Source: a virus (Duplodnaviria > Caudoviricetes). From it: 26,268 nt of DNA. The notes under the pieces are model-generated. The model was not told the DNA's origin. It saw nothing but the letters and a program-made list of their open reading frames with translations, and did not search any database. A program made the position numbers and the translations under genes. The stretch is taken from positions 1-26,268 of the IMG/VR virus record IMGVR_UViG_3300021516_000018. One strand, written 5' to 3'. Positions 15,626-24,955 of this stretch are shown here, one piece after another (the stretch's first letter is position 1; every line of letters begins with the position of its first letter).

Positions 15626-16125
15626 CAGGTGGTGAAGTAGGTGCCGGAGACTATCAGCCGGCTGGTGGCCTGAAGATGGTCGGCCAGGCTAGTGGCGGCT
15701 CCGGTCTCGAAGTGCGACAGCTCGAGGTAGCTGGTGCCGGCGATTAGGCGAGCGATGATGGTGGTCTTGGCTTGGTTGGTGGCATTGGTCAGCCATACCG
15801 CGGCGGCGGCCTCGTAGGTCACGGCGTCGGGCAGCGACAGCCGGAGGTTGCCCGTAGCGGATCCGGTCACCGAGTTGACGGTGATGTCCGCGGTGAAGGT
15901 GGTCACGAATCCGATGGACGTGTGACGGGCCGTGTTGGTGGTGATGGCGAAGGTGCGGCCACCGCCGGAGTCGGTTAGTGTAGGCGCCCAGGTCGTCGGT
16001 GTGACCAACGGCAGGGCGGCATATAGCTCGTCGAAGTTGTCGTTAATCTTCTCACCGGCGCCCCGGAGTGTGTCCCCGGTGTTGTCGTTGCTGATGGTGC
16101 CGATGTTGATCGTTTGTTGAGCCAT
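15625..16125 (-). CDS. Short fibre protein with a T4 gp9/gp10-like N-terminal motif
   Basis: MAQQTINIGTISNDNTGDTLRGAGEKINDNFDELY. The C-terminal beta domain resembles that of 17298..18257. Confidence 0.7.
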   Translation of the reverse strand: MAQQTINIGTISNDNTGDTLRGAGEKINDNFDELYAALPLVTPTTWAPTLTDSGGGRTFAITTNTARHTSIGFVTTFTADITVNSVTGSATGNLRLSLPDAVTYEAAAAVWLTNATNQAKTTIIARLIAGTSYLELSHFETGAATSLADHLQATSRLIVSGTYFTT

Positions 16126-16126
16126 A

Positions 16127-16348
16127 TTATTTCTTGGGTAGGACGTACCAGCCGGCCGGGAGGGTTACCCGGGATGGCCCGACCAGTTTCTTGTCGGCAT
16201 CGAAAGCATAGACGCTGGCCTTTACCGGCTGGGCCAGCATCACCGGATCACCGGAAGGGACCAGGACCACCTTGGTCATCTGGCAACCCAGGCAGGTCAG
16301 CAATGCGGCCATCCAGATCGCTCTTGAGGGCCTCGGGAGCTTTGCCAT
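16127..16348 (-). CDS. Lipoprotein, putative o-spanin
   Basis: MAKLPRPSRAIWMAALLTCLG-C signal peptide with lipobox; overlaps the upstream ORF in another frame. Confidence 0.55.
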   Translation of the reverse strand: MAKLPRPSRAIWMAALLTCLGCQMTKVVLVPSGDPVMLAQPVKASVYAFDADKKLVGPSRVTLPAGWYVLPKK

Positions 16349-16421
16349 GTTGCACATCGGTAGGTGGTGTTTCTCGGAACCAGTCGAGCAGAGCCTTGAG
16401 GATCTGGTAGATCCAGTTCAC
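16248..16421 (-). CDS. Putative small i-spanin-like protein (57 aa, not in ORF track)
   Basis: GTG start overlapping the holin stop: MNWIYQILKALLDWFRETPPTDVQHGKAPEALKSDLDGRIADLPGLPDDQGGPGPFR. Confidence 0.45.
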   Translation of the reverse strand: MNWIYQILKALLDWFRETPPTDVQHGKAPEALKSDLDGRIADLPGLPDDQGGPGPFR

Positions 16422-16618
16422 GGCTTAGTTTCGATGACCAGAGGCTTTTCGTTGGCGTCTTTAGCCATGATCAAACCAATGCCAGCGGTCACCGCGGCGA
16501 TGGTCGAGGCGATGTCGATGTTGGTGCTTGCGTCACCGTCAAAGGCAGCCCGTAGGGCACCACCAACAGCGACGAGAATGGCACCTACACCGGCGAGAGT
16601 TGTTTTCGTGTTTTTCAT
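16418..16618 (-). CDS. Holin-like two-TM protein
   Basis: MKNTKTTLAGVGAILVAVGG...IAAVTAGIGLIMAKD; ATG 16618 in an ATGA overlap. Confidence 0.6.
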   Translation of the reverse strand: MKNTKTTLAGVGAILVAVGGALRAAFDGDASTNIDIASTIAAVTAGIGLIMAKDANEKPLVIETKP

Positions 16619-16785
16619 TTTGAGCGGAATAATCGATATGCGGCATAGATGGCGCAGGCCAAGCCAATCAGCGCGGTGATAAGCCGAACCCAGTCGGTCA
16701 GTACCGGAAGAAACGAAACAGCGGTGGCACCTGCCGCTGCTGCTAGGCTGAGTCCAGGGCTGGTGCTGCTGTTCGTTGGTTCCAT
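16615..16785 (-). CDS. Small membrane protein, holin/antiholin-like (56 aa, not in ORF track)
   Basis: MEPTNSSTSPGLSLAAAAGATAVSFLPVLTDWVRLITALIGLACAIYAAYRLFRSK; coupled overlaps at both ends. Confidence 0.6.
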   Translation of the reverse strand: MEPTNSSTSPGLSLAAAAGATAVSFLPVLTDWVRLITALIGLACAIYAAYRLFRSK

Positions 16786-17045
16786 TACTCGTTAGGCTGG
16801 ACGGCTTCAACCACCGGATTCGCCGCTTTGTAAGCAGCGACAACCGCCGGAGTCCACAGCGCGTTGGCAATATTCACAACCTCAACCGGCTGTCCTTCCA
16901 GCGAGTCACCGGGGTTCAGCGTATACTGCGAGGTAATCTCAGACCCGACAATCGTCCCGCTGTTGTCGTAATCCGTTCCGGTCGTGACGAACAACGAGTT
17001 GTTCTGGTTGCACTGCACTGCTACGATATTGACTGGTACGATCAT
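16785..17045 (-). CDS. Fibre-associated small protein, paralogue of 17042..17293
   Basis: LNPGDSLEGQPVEVVNIANALWTPAVVAAY. Confidence 0.7.
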   Translation of the reverse strand: MIVPVNIVAVQCNQNNSLFVTTGTDYDNSGTIVGSEITSQYTLNPGDSLEGQPVEVVNIANALWTPAVVAAYKAANPVVEAVQPNE

Positions 17046-17293
17046 TGGATGGTGGGGCTAGGGGTTTGGCTTGCGGCGTAGGCTGCGACAGCGGCAGGAG
17101 TCCAGACCGCATTTGCAATCGCTACAACCTGCTCGGGCTGACCCGTAAGGTCTGAGCCGGGAGGCAAGCAGTAGCGGCGGAAGGTGGAAGCCTTCACGGC
17201 TTCTCCATCGACGATCTGGTCCGCAAGACGGACCTGAAGCGTCGCGTTAGGAAGAACCTCGCAGAGCGAGAAAATGGTGCGTTCGGTGAGCAT
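17042..17293 (-). CDS. Fibre-associated small protein (chaperone/tip-like)
   Basis: LPPGSDLTGQPEQVVAIANAVWTPAAVAAY; directly follows the fibre gene. Confidence 0.7.
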   Translation of the reverse strand: MLTERTIFSLCEVLPNATLQVRLADQIVDGEAVKASTFRRYCLPPGSDLTGQPEQVVAIANAVWTPAAVAAYAASQTPSPTIQ

Positions 17294-17297
17294 ATTA

Positions 17298-18257
17298 TTA
17301 GGCTACGGTGTAGTTCAATGAAACCCAAAGGTCTTGGGTAATTCCTGCATTGAAATTAACAGAAGCATAGCTTGCTGCTGAATTAGATGAAAACATAATA
17401 ATGGTTGTATCACTTGCAGCAAGACTTGCGAAAGGAGAACCGGTAAATGTTGCCATACTGTTGAATGCAACAGTTCCAACTGATGTAATGGAAGAATTGT
17501 TTGTAAAAGGAAGGCCAGTAATCTGAATTCGTCCAGAAGCACCAGTTGTAATTACACTTGAGAAAAACGCTGAAATGCTAACAATACGCCCGATCTTTGT
17601 ATATCGGCCAGTGGTTGTTACTGGAATGGTTGGATTAGCAACAGTACCAGTCAACGTAGCGGTAAACGTCCCCTCCTCGTAATCGTTCAATAGCTCGGAG
17701 GTCATCGTTCCGCTGCTGTTCGCAGTCGCGGAAAAGTCGATGCCTTTGCCGGAGGTTCCTATTACGAGGTTACTGTTTGAGAGAGTTAACCCCGTAGTGT
17801 TCAGCGTAGCAATCAGAGTAGCTAGAGTGCTGTTATAAAATTGATGCTCGGCTGCCGCATAAAACGTATAAGCAGGAACACCGGATCGAGTCCCTCCGTT
17901 TAGATAAATAGATGCAGCGTTAGTCCCTCCAGCCTGTAACAATCCGTAAGTAGTCGTTGATCCAAGCGTAACGGTAGGAGTGCCAGAGGTGCTTAGATTG
18001 ACCGCACCGTTTAAGTTTGCCGCTCCAGTTACCGTAGCCGCGCCGGTGATGGTGGCGGAGCCAGCGGTAACGAGTCCGGTGACGGTCAGTGCTCCACTTG
18101 CGGTTGGAGAGGATGAGAGGATGTTGTTTACGCTGATCTTCTTCGTCGTACCAGATGCCGCCATTGTCGTGTCAGAGACATCGACGACAGGAAACATATC
18201 GTTGACTGGATCAGCAGCCGTTAAGGCTGTTAGTGCTGTAATCTTTGAGTCTGCCAT
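17298..18257 (-). CDS. Virion fibre protein
   Basis: MADSKITALT N-terminus, T/G/A-rich shaft repeats, GKGIDFSA...LLNDYEEGTFT...GRYTKIGRIV...ITGLPF C-terminal domain. Confidence 0.75.
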   Translation of the reverse strand: MADSKITALTALTAADPVNDMFPVVDVSDTTMAASGTTKKISVNNILSSSPTASGALTVTGLVTAGSATITGAATVTGAANLNGAVNLSTSGTPTVTLGSTTTYGLLQAGGTNAASIYLNGGTRSGVPAYTFYAAAEHQFYNSTLATLIATLNTTGLTLSNSNLVIGTSGKGIDFSATANSSGTMTSELLNDYEEGTFTATLTGTVANPTIPVTTTGRYTKIGRIVSISAFFSSVITTGASGRIQITGLPFTNNSSITSVGTVAFNSMATFTGSPFASLAASDTTIIMFSSNSAASYASVNFNAGITQDLWVSLNYTVA

Positions 18258-18260
18258 AGG

Positions 18261-18491
18261 TCAGTTTGATTGGATTGCGAGTTTAAAGAGGTCTTCCTGT
18301 TGCAGAAAACCAGCGTCTTCACGCAACAGAGAGTCGAAAGTGCCAAGTGTAATAACAAGCTTTGAGGTTCCATCTTCCTGCCACAGGAAGCCCTCGTCTT
18401 CCCGCAGAACGTCGCGGCGTAGCACCGGCGCATCAGTGCCACCGGCTTGACCGGAGAACAACCGATTGAGTGCTATGCCGAGTGAGATCAT
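18261..18491 (-). CDS. Small structural protein with two LREDxGFLxQED repeats
   Basis: VLREDEGFLWQED and LLREDAGFLQQED. Confidence 0.7.
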   Translation of the reverse strand: MISLGIALNRLFSGQAGGTDAPVLRRDVLREDEGFLWQEDGTSKLVITLGTFDSLLREDAGFLQQEDLFKLAIQSN

Positions 18492-18751
18492 TAGGCTCGA
18501 GCTAAAAATGCTACGACGCTACCAGACAAGATCTGGAATCCAGTGATGTTTCCCACCAGAGGAAATCCAGCCGGAATTGTCTTTGATGTCCAAGTGCCGG
18601 ATATTCCAAATCCCGTAATGGAAGTGAACACCGTCGGCTCGGTCGGAATCAATCCAGACCAGTTGCCGGTCTGAGCGGCGGTTGTAGTCACCAGCGCGAA
18701 GCCTTCGCGGCCCATGCTGTACTCAGTCGAAATGTCTGCTTGAACGGCCAT
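18491..18751 (-). CDS. Small beta-rich virion protein
   Basis: 86 aa, TIPAG motif, coupled to the downstream gene. Confidence 0.65.
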   Translation of the reverse strand: MAVQADISTEYSMGREGFALVTTTAAQTGNWSGLIPTEPTVFTSITGFGISGTWTSKTIPAGFPLVGNITGFQILSGSVVAFLARA

Positions 18752-18771
18752 AAAATTGTTTTTCGGTTAAA

Positions 18772-18804
18772 GGGGAGGCTGTCAGCGTGTCCAACAGCCT
18801 CCCC
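18772..18804 (-). terminator. Hairpin / probable intrinsic terminator after the capsid genes
   Basis: ggggaggctgt (18772-18782) / acagcctcccc (18794-18804) 11-bp stem. Only a short TTT follows on the minus strand. Confidence 0.65.
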
Positions 18805-18816
18805 AGTTTTGGTTGT

Positions 18817-18993
18817 TTAACCTTTGCGGATCTTCGGTGCCAGACTGCCCTGTATCCACAGGATGAGCTTGCCTCCCTCGGGAATAGTCGCGGTGTTGAA
18901 GGCGGTGCGCTGGAGTGACGCATCGACTTCGGGGCCGGCGACAATCTTAGCCTTGTCGTTTCGGTCCACCGATATGGTTGTGGCGATTCTCAT
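18817..18993 (-). CDS. Small hypothetical protein after the capsid gene (58 aa, not in ORF track)
   Basis: MRIATTISVDRNDKAKIVAGPEVDASLQRTAFNTATIPEGGKLILWIQGSLAPKIRKG fills the gap between the capsid stop and the hairpin. Confidence 0.65.
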   Translation of the reverse strand: MRIATTISVDRNDKAKIVAGPEVDASLQRTAFNTATIPEGGKLILWIQGSLAPKIRKG

Positions 18994-19002
18994 TGGTCAG
19001 CC

Positions 19003-21117
19003 TTAGGCGGTGATCAACACTTCGGCCTGAGTCGTATCCGCGGCCGCAGCGCCGAACATGATGTCGTAGGACGCCATGTGAGAGCGCGTCGCGCGGCTGT
19101 ACCAGACGGAGAGCAGGCAGCTCAGGCCGTTGGCGGTGGTGACGGCGCGTTGCTCGAGGAACTCGCCAGCGATCATGCCGACCGGCAGGCCGGAGGCGAT
19201 GGCGATGGCATCAGGGCCGCACACGAAGCCGGCGGTGTTGGCCTCGGCAGAGGTCCAGCGATTGTTCTCGGCGATGACGTCGAATCCGAACCGGCCATTT
19301 GCCAGCATTTCTAGGCGGCTATCAGGGAATGTGCTGGTGGCAGCAGAGAACTGGAGGCGAGCGATGTGGCCACCGTCCAGGATGAGGTTCTTGCTGCGGT
19401 AATTTTTAGCCGCCGCCAGGATCGCAGGTAGATCAGACGTGTCGAAGTTGGCAGCGGTGCCAATAGTGATCGCAGTTCCGTAGTTTGCGACAGTCATCAG
19501 GGCGGTCAGCACGTCGCTGATGCCGTAGGCAAACAGGTCAGCAGAACCGGCAGCCAGGTCGGACAGCATAAAGCCCTGATTAAGTTCCTGCTGAGTGACC
19601 GTGAAGTTCTTGCTGATCTGGTTCACGGTGACCGCGGTGGCGGCCAGAGTGCTGTCGTTGTTGGTTTCCCAGGACGTCGGGTTGGTCTGGGCAGCGGTGC
19701 CGGTGGTGTACTTCTTGACCTGCACGGACGCGCGGGGCCGGAGGTTATCCAGGCCGACGTTGCGGCTGAAAGCGGAGACCAGGGCCAAACGAGTGGCGGC
19801 CACGGTGATCACTGCATCGGCGAGATAATCGACAACCAAGCCCGAGGCGAACGTGTTGGCGTTCTGGGGGGCGTGGATGGCGCTCTGGCGCAACAGCTCG
19901 GAATGATTGGCCACCAGGAACTTGCGGCGGTCATTGCCGGCCTGAAAGCCCTTGTGCTTCTCGAGCAGTGCATTGCCGAGGTTCTCGATGCGAACCGGGG
20001 CGACGGGCTCCGGTGCAGGGGCGGCGGTGAAGGCCTTGGCGCTGAAGGCAGCGGCAACGGCCTTGGCCACGATGGCGTCGATGTCGAGGGCGGACGGCGC
20101 ACTAGAAGCGGCCGCCACCACGGTGTTGGATTCAGTCATGTTGTGTGGTGTCTGCTGTGATGTCGGCGCGGTTGTCGCGCCATCTTCGGCAGCGGGAGTG
20201 CTGGCCGTAGAAAGTTTGTCGGAAGGTTCTTCCGTCTGTTGTGTTTGGATATACAGGGCACGGAACCAGTCCCGGCCTGCTGCACCTCCGTAAAGGTTGG
20301 TTTCGACGTTCTTGGTGCTGTTTTCTGGAGCATCCAAGAAGGCCTCGTTGTCTCCCCACCAGTCGACGATCTCTTCGACCAGATCGTCATCGGGTATCTC
20401 ACCGTTGGCGATAGGTTGCACTTTGGAGATGGTTTCTCCGGTGATCACATCGGCGCCGTATCCAGCATTGAACTGTGCGATGCCTTTATTAATTGCATCA
20501 CGGACAGCCTGCGGCGCTTTAGGGCTAACAGCTCGAGGATGCCAGCAGGCAGCCATTGCGAGCTGCTCGGTGGTCTTGTCGGCCAGGCCAAACTGGATTG
20601 CCTCCTGGGCGGTGAACCACGTTTCAGCGGTCATTGCCGCGCGGATCTGGGCCGAGGTCTTGCCGGTGCGTTTGGTGTAGATGCCAGCCAGGATCTCGGC
20701 GTGCTGATCGAGGGCATTGGCCATCTTCCGCATATCCTCTGAGGTGCCTGCAACCATTCCAGACGGATCATGGATCATGAATAGAGAAGCGTCGGCCATC
20801 TCGATGCTGTCACCTGCCAGGGCTATAACTGAAGCAATCGAGGCAGCGATGCCGACCACCCGTGTGGTCACCGGCGCCTGCCGGCCTCGAAGCATATTGT
20901 AGATGGCCAGGCCGTCCCAGACGTTACCGCCGGGGCTGTTGATCTCGACCACTAGGGGGCCTGGGCCGACAGACTGGAGAGCGTCCGAGAAAGCCTTGGC
21001 TGAAATACCGGAACCGCCAAACCAGTCTTCACCGATCTGGTCGAAAATTTGGAGCACCGCCGGATCATTAGCTGATGCTCTTGGGCTGTAGGAAAGCCAG
21101 TTGGTTACTTTAGTCAT
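19003..21117 (-). CDS. ClpP-like (S14) prohead protease fused to major capsid protein
   Basis: INSPGG, AASIAS (Ser), MIHDP (His), AETWFTAQEA. The C-terminal ~380 aa are capsid-like by size, position and ending (ASYDIMFGAA). Confidence 0.88.
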   Translation of the reverse strand: MTKVTNWLSYSPRASANDPAVLQIFDQIGEDWFGGSGISAKAFSDALQSVGPGPLVVEINSPGGNVWDGLAIYNMLRGRQAPVTTRVVGIAASIASVIALAGDSIEMADASLFMIHDPSGMVAGTSEDMRKMANALDQHAEILAGIYTKRTGKTSAQIRAAMTAETWFTAQEAIQFGLADKTTEQLAMAACWHPRAVSPKAPQAVRDAINKGIAQFNAGYGADVITGETISKVQPIANGEIPDDDLVEEIVDWWGDNEAFLDAPENSTKNVETNLYGGAAGRDWFRALYIQTQQTEEPSDKLSTASTPAAEDGATTAPTSQQTPHNMTESNTVVAAASSAPSALDIDAIVAKAVAAAFSAKAFTAAPAPEPVAPVRIENLGNALLEKHKGFQAGNDRRKFLVANHSELLRQSAIHAPQNANTFASGLVVDYLADAVITVAATRLALVSAFSRNVGLDNLRPRASVQVKKYTTGTAAQTNPTSWETNNDSTLAATAVTVNQISKNFTVTQQELNQGFMLSDLAAGSADLFAYGISDVLTALMTVANYGTAITIGTAANFDTSDLPAILAAAKNYRSKNLILDGGHIARLQFSAATSTFPDSRLEMLANGRFGFDVIAENNRWTSAEANTAGFVCGPDAIAIASGLPVGMIAGEFLEQRAVTTANGLSCLLSVWYSRATRSHMASYDIMFGAAAADTTQAEVLITA

Positions 21118-22655
21118 TCGGTTTTCTTGGCTCTGGTTTTCCGTTTTTTGGGCTCAAGCACCGCAACCACCTCTTGGATGGGCTCGGCCGGAATAGGCTC
21201 GGGCATATCTTCGGAAGGAGGCTGCTCGAGAGCGGCCGAGGCTGGCTCCGGTGCTATCGGCTGCTTCTGAGCGGTCGAGATCTGTGAGACGTCCAGGCCG
21301 TACTTGACTGCCAGGTCTTGGATGTACCGGGCCTGCTGGGCCTTGGCCTCCAGGGCGGATCGCCAGTCGATGCCTCGGGCGCCGTAAATCTCGTCGTAGG
21401 TGGTAATGCCTGCACCAAGCTCGTTTAGCTGGGCGGCTGAGTTGCGTCCGACGTCGACGTTAGGGGCTCGCGGCGCCTGGATGGCTACCTCGTACCAGTC
21501 GTCGGGACTGTCCCTGAGAGTCGGATCGGTGCGGATGGCGTATTCCATCACATATTCCCAGATCCTACGGGCGGCCGAGGCCATCACCTGATGACGGCTA
21601 CGGAACCACACCGATGACATATCGAGTGAGCCCCGGTAGACGGTGCCCTGCATCGATTCTGGAAACACCAGGACGTAAGGAATACCGACGCCGGCGCACA
21701 CCTTCTCGGTCAGGCTGCGCCAGTACTCGCGCATATTAACATTCGGGCGGTCAGCGCTGAACTGCTCGAACTCGTCGCCAGTCTTCATGACCTTGACCGA
21801 GGCGCCGAAAATATTTTCGTAGTAGTTCTGTGCGGTCCCCTGGGATCCAGCAACACCGGATCGCAGGCTGGTTGCCTGGACCTCGCCGGAGCTGGTCTTG
21901 ATCACCTGGGCCACGCTGGAGGCGAGCTTGCAGGACTCCATCTCGAGCTTCTGAAGATCGTCCAGGTCGTGAAGGTCGTTGATCACACAGGCGACAAAAG
22001 GCAGGCCGCGGAGCTGGCCGGCACGTTGGGCCTCGTAGATGTGGACCACCGAGTCGGAAGAAATTGATCGGATGTCGGTAAGTTGTCCCTGCTGCTGCTC
22101 CTGGCCGCAGAAGAAGGAGATGGCCCGACCTGTCTTGGGGTCGAATCGCACACCATCGAACACATCAGGAAGACCCTCCTGGCCATTGGGCGTGGAGACT
22201 TGCTGCGGCTCAATGAGCTGCAATCGGGGCCGGCCGGTCTCGCCCTTGGTCAGGAGGATAAAGGATTCCCCGTCGTAGAACCAGCCACGGGCGGCCAGCG
22301 ACATCAGGGTGCCGAAAGACTGCCGGGATCCGATGTCAGGGTAGCGGCTCCAGGTGTCCCACCATTTTTTGGCTCGGAGATTCCAGTCGGGATTTGAGCT
22401 GGCCGGTTGAACGGAGAAATTGCTGCCGACGGTGTAGTTCTCGAACAGGTCGCCCAGGCGATTCATCACCGCGTTGTTCTGCTCAAAGAATCGGGACTTT
22501 CGGACGATCTGCTGCCGGGTAGAGGCAGTCACATCGAACCGCACCGATGTGTAGCTGGTGTCCAGGAAGGACCGGCGTATCGAGTTGGACGCGCCTTCGT
22601 AGCGGTCGACAGGTGCCGACCGGAACTTGCTCAGGATGGTGTCGAGAAATCCCAT
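21114..22655 (-). CDS. Portal protein, lambda family
   Basis: YEGAS, DGESF, RLQLIEP, VVHIYE...RAGQLRGLP motifs; 513 aa. Confidence 0.92.
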   Translation of the reverse strand: MGFLDTILSKFRSAPVDRYEGASNSIRRSFLDTSYTSVRFDVTASTRQQIVRKSRFFEQNNAVMNRLGDLFENYTVGSNFSVQPASSNPDWNLRAKKWWDTWSRYPDIGSRQSFGTLMSLAARGWFYDGESFILLTKGETGRPRLQLIEPQQVSTPNGQEGLPDVFDGVRFDPKTGRAISFFCGQEQQQGQLTDIRSISSDSVVHIYEAQRAGQLRGLPFVACVINDLHDLDDLQKLEMESCKLASSVAQVIKTSSGEVQATSLRSGVAGSQGTAQNYYENIFGASVKVMKTGDEFEQFSADRPNVNMREYWRSLTEKVCAGVGIPYVLVFPESMQGTVYRGSLDMSSVWFRSRHQVMASAARRIWEYVMEYAIRTDPTLRDSPDDWYEVAIQAPRAPNVDVGRNSAAQLNELGAGITTYDEIYGARGIDWRSALEAKAQQARYIQDLAVKYGLDVSQISTAQKQPIAPEPASAALEQPPSEDMPEPIPAEPIQEVVAVLEPKKRKTRAKKTE

Positions 22656-23059
22656 CAGCTCATGCCTCGATAGCTCGCCTCACGGCGGAAGTTAGAAAAG
22701 TCACCACCGAAACTGGTCGCAGCAATGAGCACTACGGCCACCATCTTGGTGTAGATCTGGGCATTGGTGGGAGTGAGGATGCCGTCCTGCTCGAGGTAAT
22801 CGACAGCCAGGTCGTAATCGTTGATCAGGCTTTCCCACATCTCGACCATCTCGGACGGTGTCGGGGCACCTTTGCCCGGCTCCGCAAACTCTACCGACAC
22901 ATCGGAGGATGATGTCGACCGGACAACCTGGCCGGACTCGATCACTGTGGCCGCGGCGATGGACTTAGCAGCCAGGGCAGCCAGGAGCGTCACACCGCCC
23001 AGTGTCGCATAGACACTACGGAGATAGGCCCTCTTGATGGCTACGGTAAACGTGAACAC
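22655..23059 (-). CDS. Putative head-completion / adaptor protein (gpW position)
   Basis: Between terminase and portal; likely GTG start at 23059. Confidence 0.5.
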   Translation of the reverse strand: MFTFTVAIKRAYLRSVYATLGGVTLLAALAAKSIAAATVIESGQVVRSTSSSDVSVEFAEPGKGAPTPSEMVEMWESLINDYDLAVDYLEQDGILTPTNAQIYTKMVAVVLIAATSFGGDFSNFRREASYRGMS

Positions 23060-23101
23060 CTCGGGCCGGATCTTCACCGATCCCAGGGTGACTTCAATAG
23101 G

Positions 23102-24955
23102 TTAGCTGGCTATTGACTCGCTTGACGTCACCAGATCATTCCAGAGCATCACCATGGCGAGCTGCATGATTTCGCAGTCGTGAAGATGGTCGGGCCATTT
23201 CTGATTTCTTTTAACCCAGACGTGTTTAATTCGACCTGCGCGGTTAGCTTGGGGTCGTAGGACGTGCGAGTCCAGGTGGCGCCAGTAAAGGTCAGGCTCG
23301 GCGATGTAGGCACCTTCGGCCTGGACGCTAGGCGGATCCTGATGGACGCCCCATTCCCGGTCGATGTCGCCCTTCCTTAGCCTGGAGAGCATATCTCGGA
23401 GGTGCTCGGTGTCGAACACCAGGAGGGGCTGCACGACGTCGGTCCTCATCGAGGAAGATGTCGACAGCCCGAAAGGATGCACCGCCCCGGTGGCTGCCGT
23501 GAACCGGGCGCCGGTCTCCCGGCCTTTGAGTGGCATCCAGCCGATTACCATGGGCTTGCGGAGGCCGCCCTCTGGAGGGTATCGGAGCCCACAAGGGAAG
23601 TTGATCGGGTTTGAGGTCACCGAGGAATAGGAGGCACAGGCGTCGTAAACCGTCTGCGTGTTGAAGCCGCTGTCGATGCCGACATCCATGTCATGGACCT
23701 CGAGGGCCACCTGCACCCGGCGAAGGGCTGCAAAGTCGTCGGCATGGCCGGCAGCAACCAGGGTAGAGTTACCGTCTTTCCACTCGCGGCACACCCACCA
23801 CAAGAATGGCGCCACGGCCTGGACGTCGGCGGTCAGGTAGCGGCGGCCGCCATCGACGGTCACGGTGGCCGCGGTCTCGGTACGCTCCTGCTGCACGTCC
23901 TGCTGCTCCCAGGGCTCGGCCAGGTTTCCATTAATAAAGCCTTAGAGGCCGGCCATCGATGCCTTGGCCTCGAGGAACGAGACAGCCAGATATCCCCAGG
24001 TGCACTTGCGGTCGGGGCTGTAGAGGCTGCTTAGGTGGTAGGACCGCACACCAGGCATGGCGTTGGGATTCTCTGGGCGCCATTGGCCATGTCGGAGGGC
24101 TGCCACCTTGTGAGAGTCGGTGATTTTGCCTTGGCACAGTTGGCAGACGTAGTGAGCCGAGGCTCGAATCTTGGCCAGGTCGTGCTTGCCGTCCTCGGCC
24201 TTGGCGTCGTCCCAGGTCACCTGCCGCCATTCGAGCTTGATGTACTCCCGGCAGTGTGGGCAGGGCAGGTAGTAGCGGCGCTGGTCACCGCGGAGGAAGC
24301 GCTGCCAGATTCGGCCTTCGACCACGGTGGGTGTTGAGGTCATAAAGGCCTTGGAGCTGCTGAAGCTCTTGAGTCTCTGCTCGGCCAGGTCCAGGGCGTC
24401 GGCCTCCCGGGCTGTGGCTTCGGCAAACTTGTCGACCTCGTCGGCGATAAGCACCCGAACCGGACGGCTGGCCAGGTTGGCCGGGCTGTTGGATCCTACG
24501 AAAGTCAGGGTCGATCTGGTGAAGTTCTGCTCGAGGTTGGTGATCTTGTCGGCCTCGGCCGGGTAACACTCGAGCATGGCCGGGCTGTCCTCGAGCATGG
24601 GCAGCCAGCGGCTCTTCGAGAATGACCTGGCGAGGCTCTCGGTGGGCATCAGCCACAAGGCCGGGCTCGGCTCGGTCGCGATTAGCCAGGCCAGGCCGGC
24701 CATCAGGGTGGTTGTTTTGCTGGTTTGGCTGCCCCAGCAGAGGGTCACCTCGTAGACCGTCGGATCCTTCCAGCATTCCATGGGCTCCCTGGTGTAAGGC
24801 CGTACCGAGGTTGAGAAGGGCCCGGGGTGCTCGGTCTGCCGTTGGGTCAGCCGGAGCGAGGCCTCGGCCCAGTCGACCACGGTTTGCATCGGTGTCGGCC
24901 GGTAGAGGTTTCGGCGATAGTCCAGCAGGGAGCGCTGGAGGTCGGTAAGGTTCAA
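23102..24955 (-). CDS. terL: Terminase large subunit, lambda GpA family, interrupted by an in-frame TAA at 23942-23944
   Basis: GSQTSKT (Walker A), LIADEVD (Walker B), STPT, CPHC/CQLC. After the stop the same frame reads GFINGNLAEPW...LTADVQ...DSG...DHLHDC (nuclease domain). Confidence 0.9.

Noticed and set aside
7262-18257. Diversity-generating retroelement targeting fibre genes
   Set aside because: No reverse transcriptase, and no ~100-bp near-identical TR/VR pair was noticed; the paralogues are diverged at all base types.
23060-23101. Late promoter TTGAAG-16-GAAGAT upstream of the adaptor gene
   Set aside because: The match is too weak to support without TSS data.
23942-23944. Genome-wide stop-codon reassignment of TAA
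   Set aside because: TAA ends the capsid, fibre, tape measure, SSB and terL genes at positions tightly abutting the next gene; only one internal case was seen.
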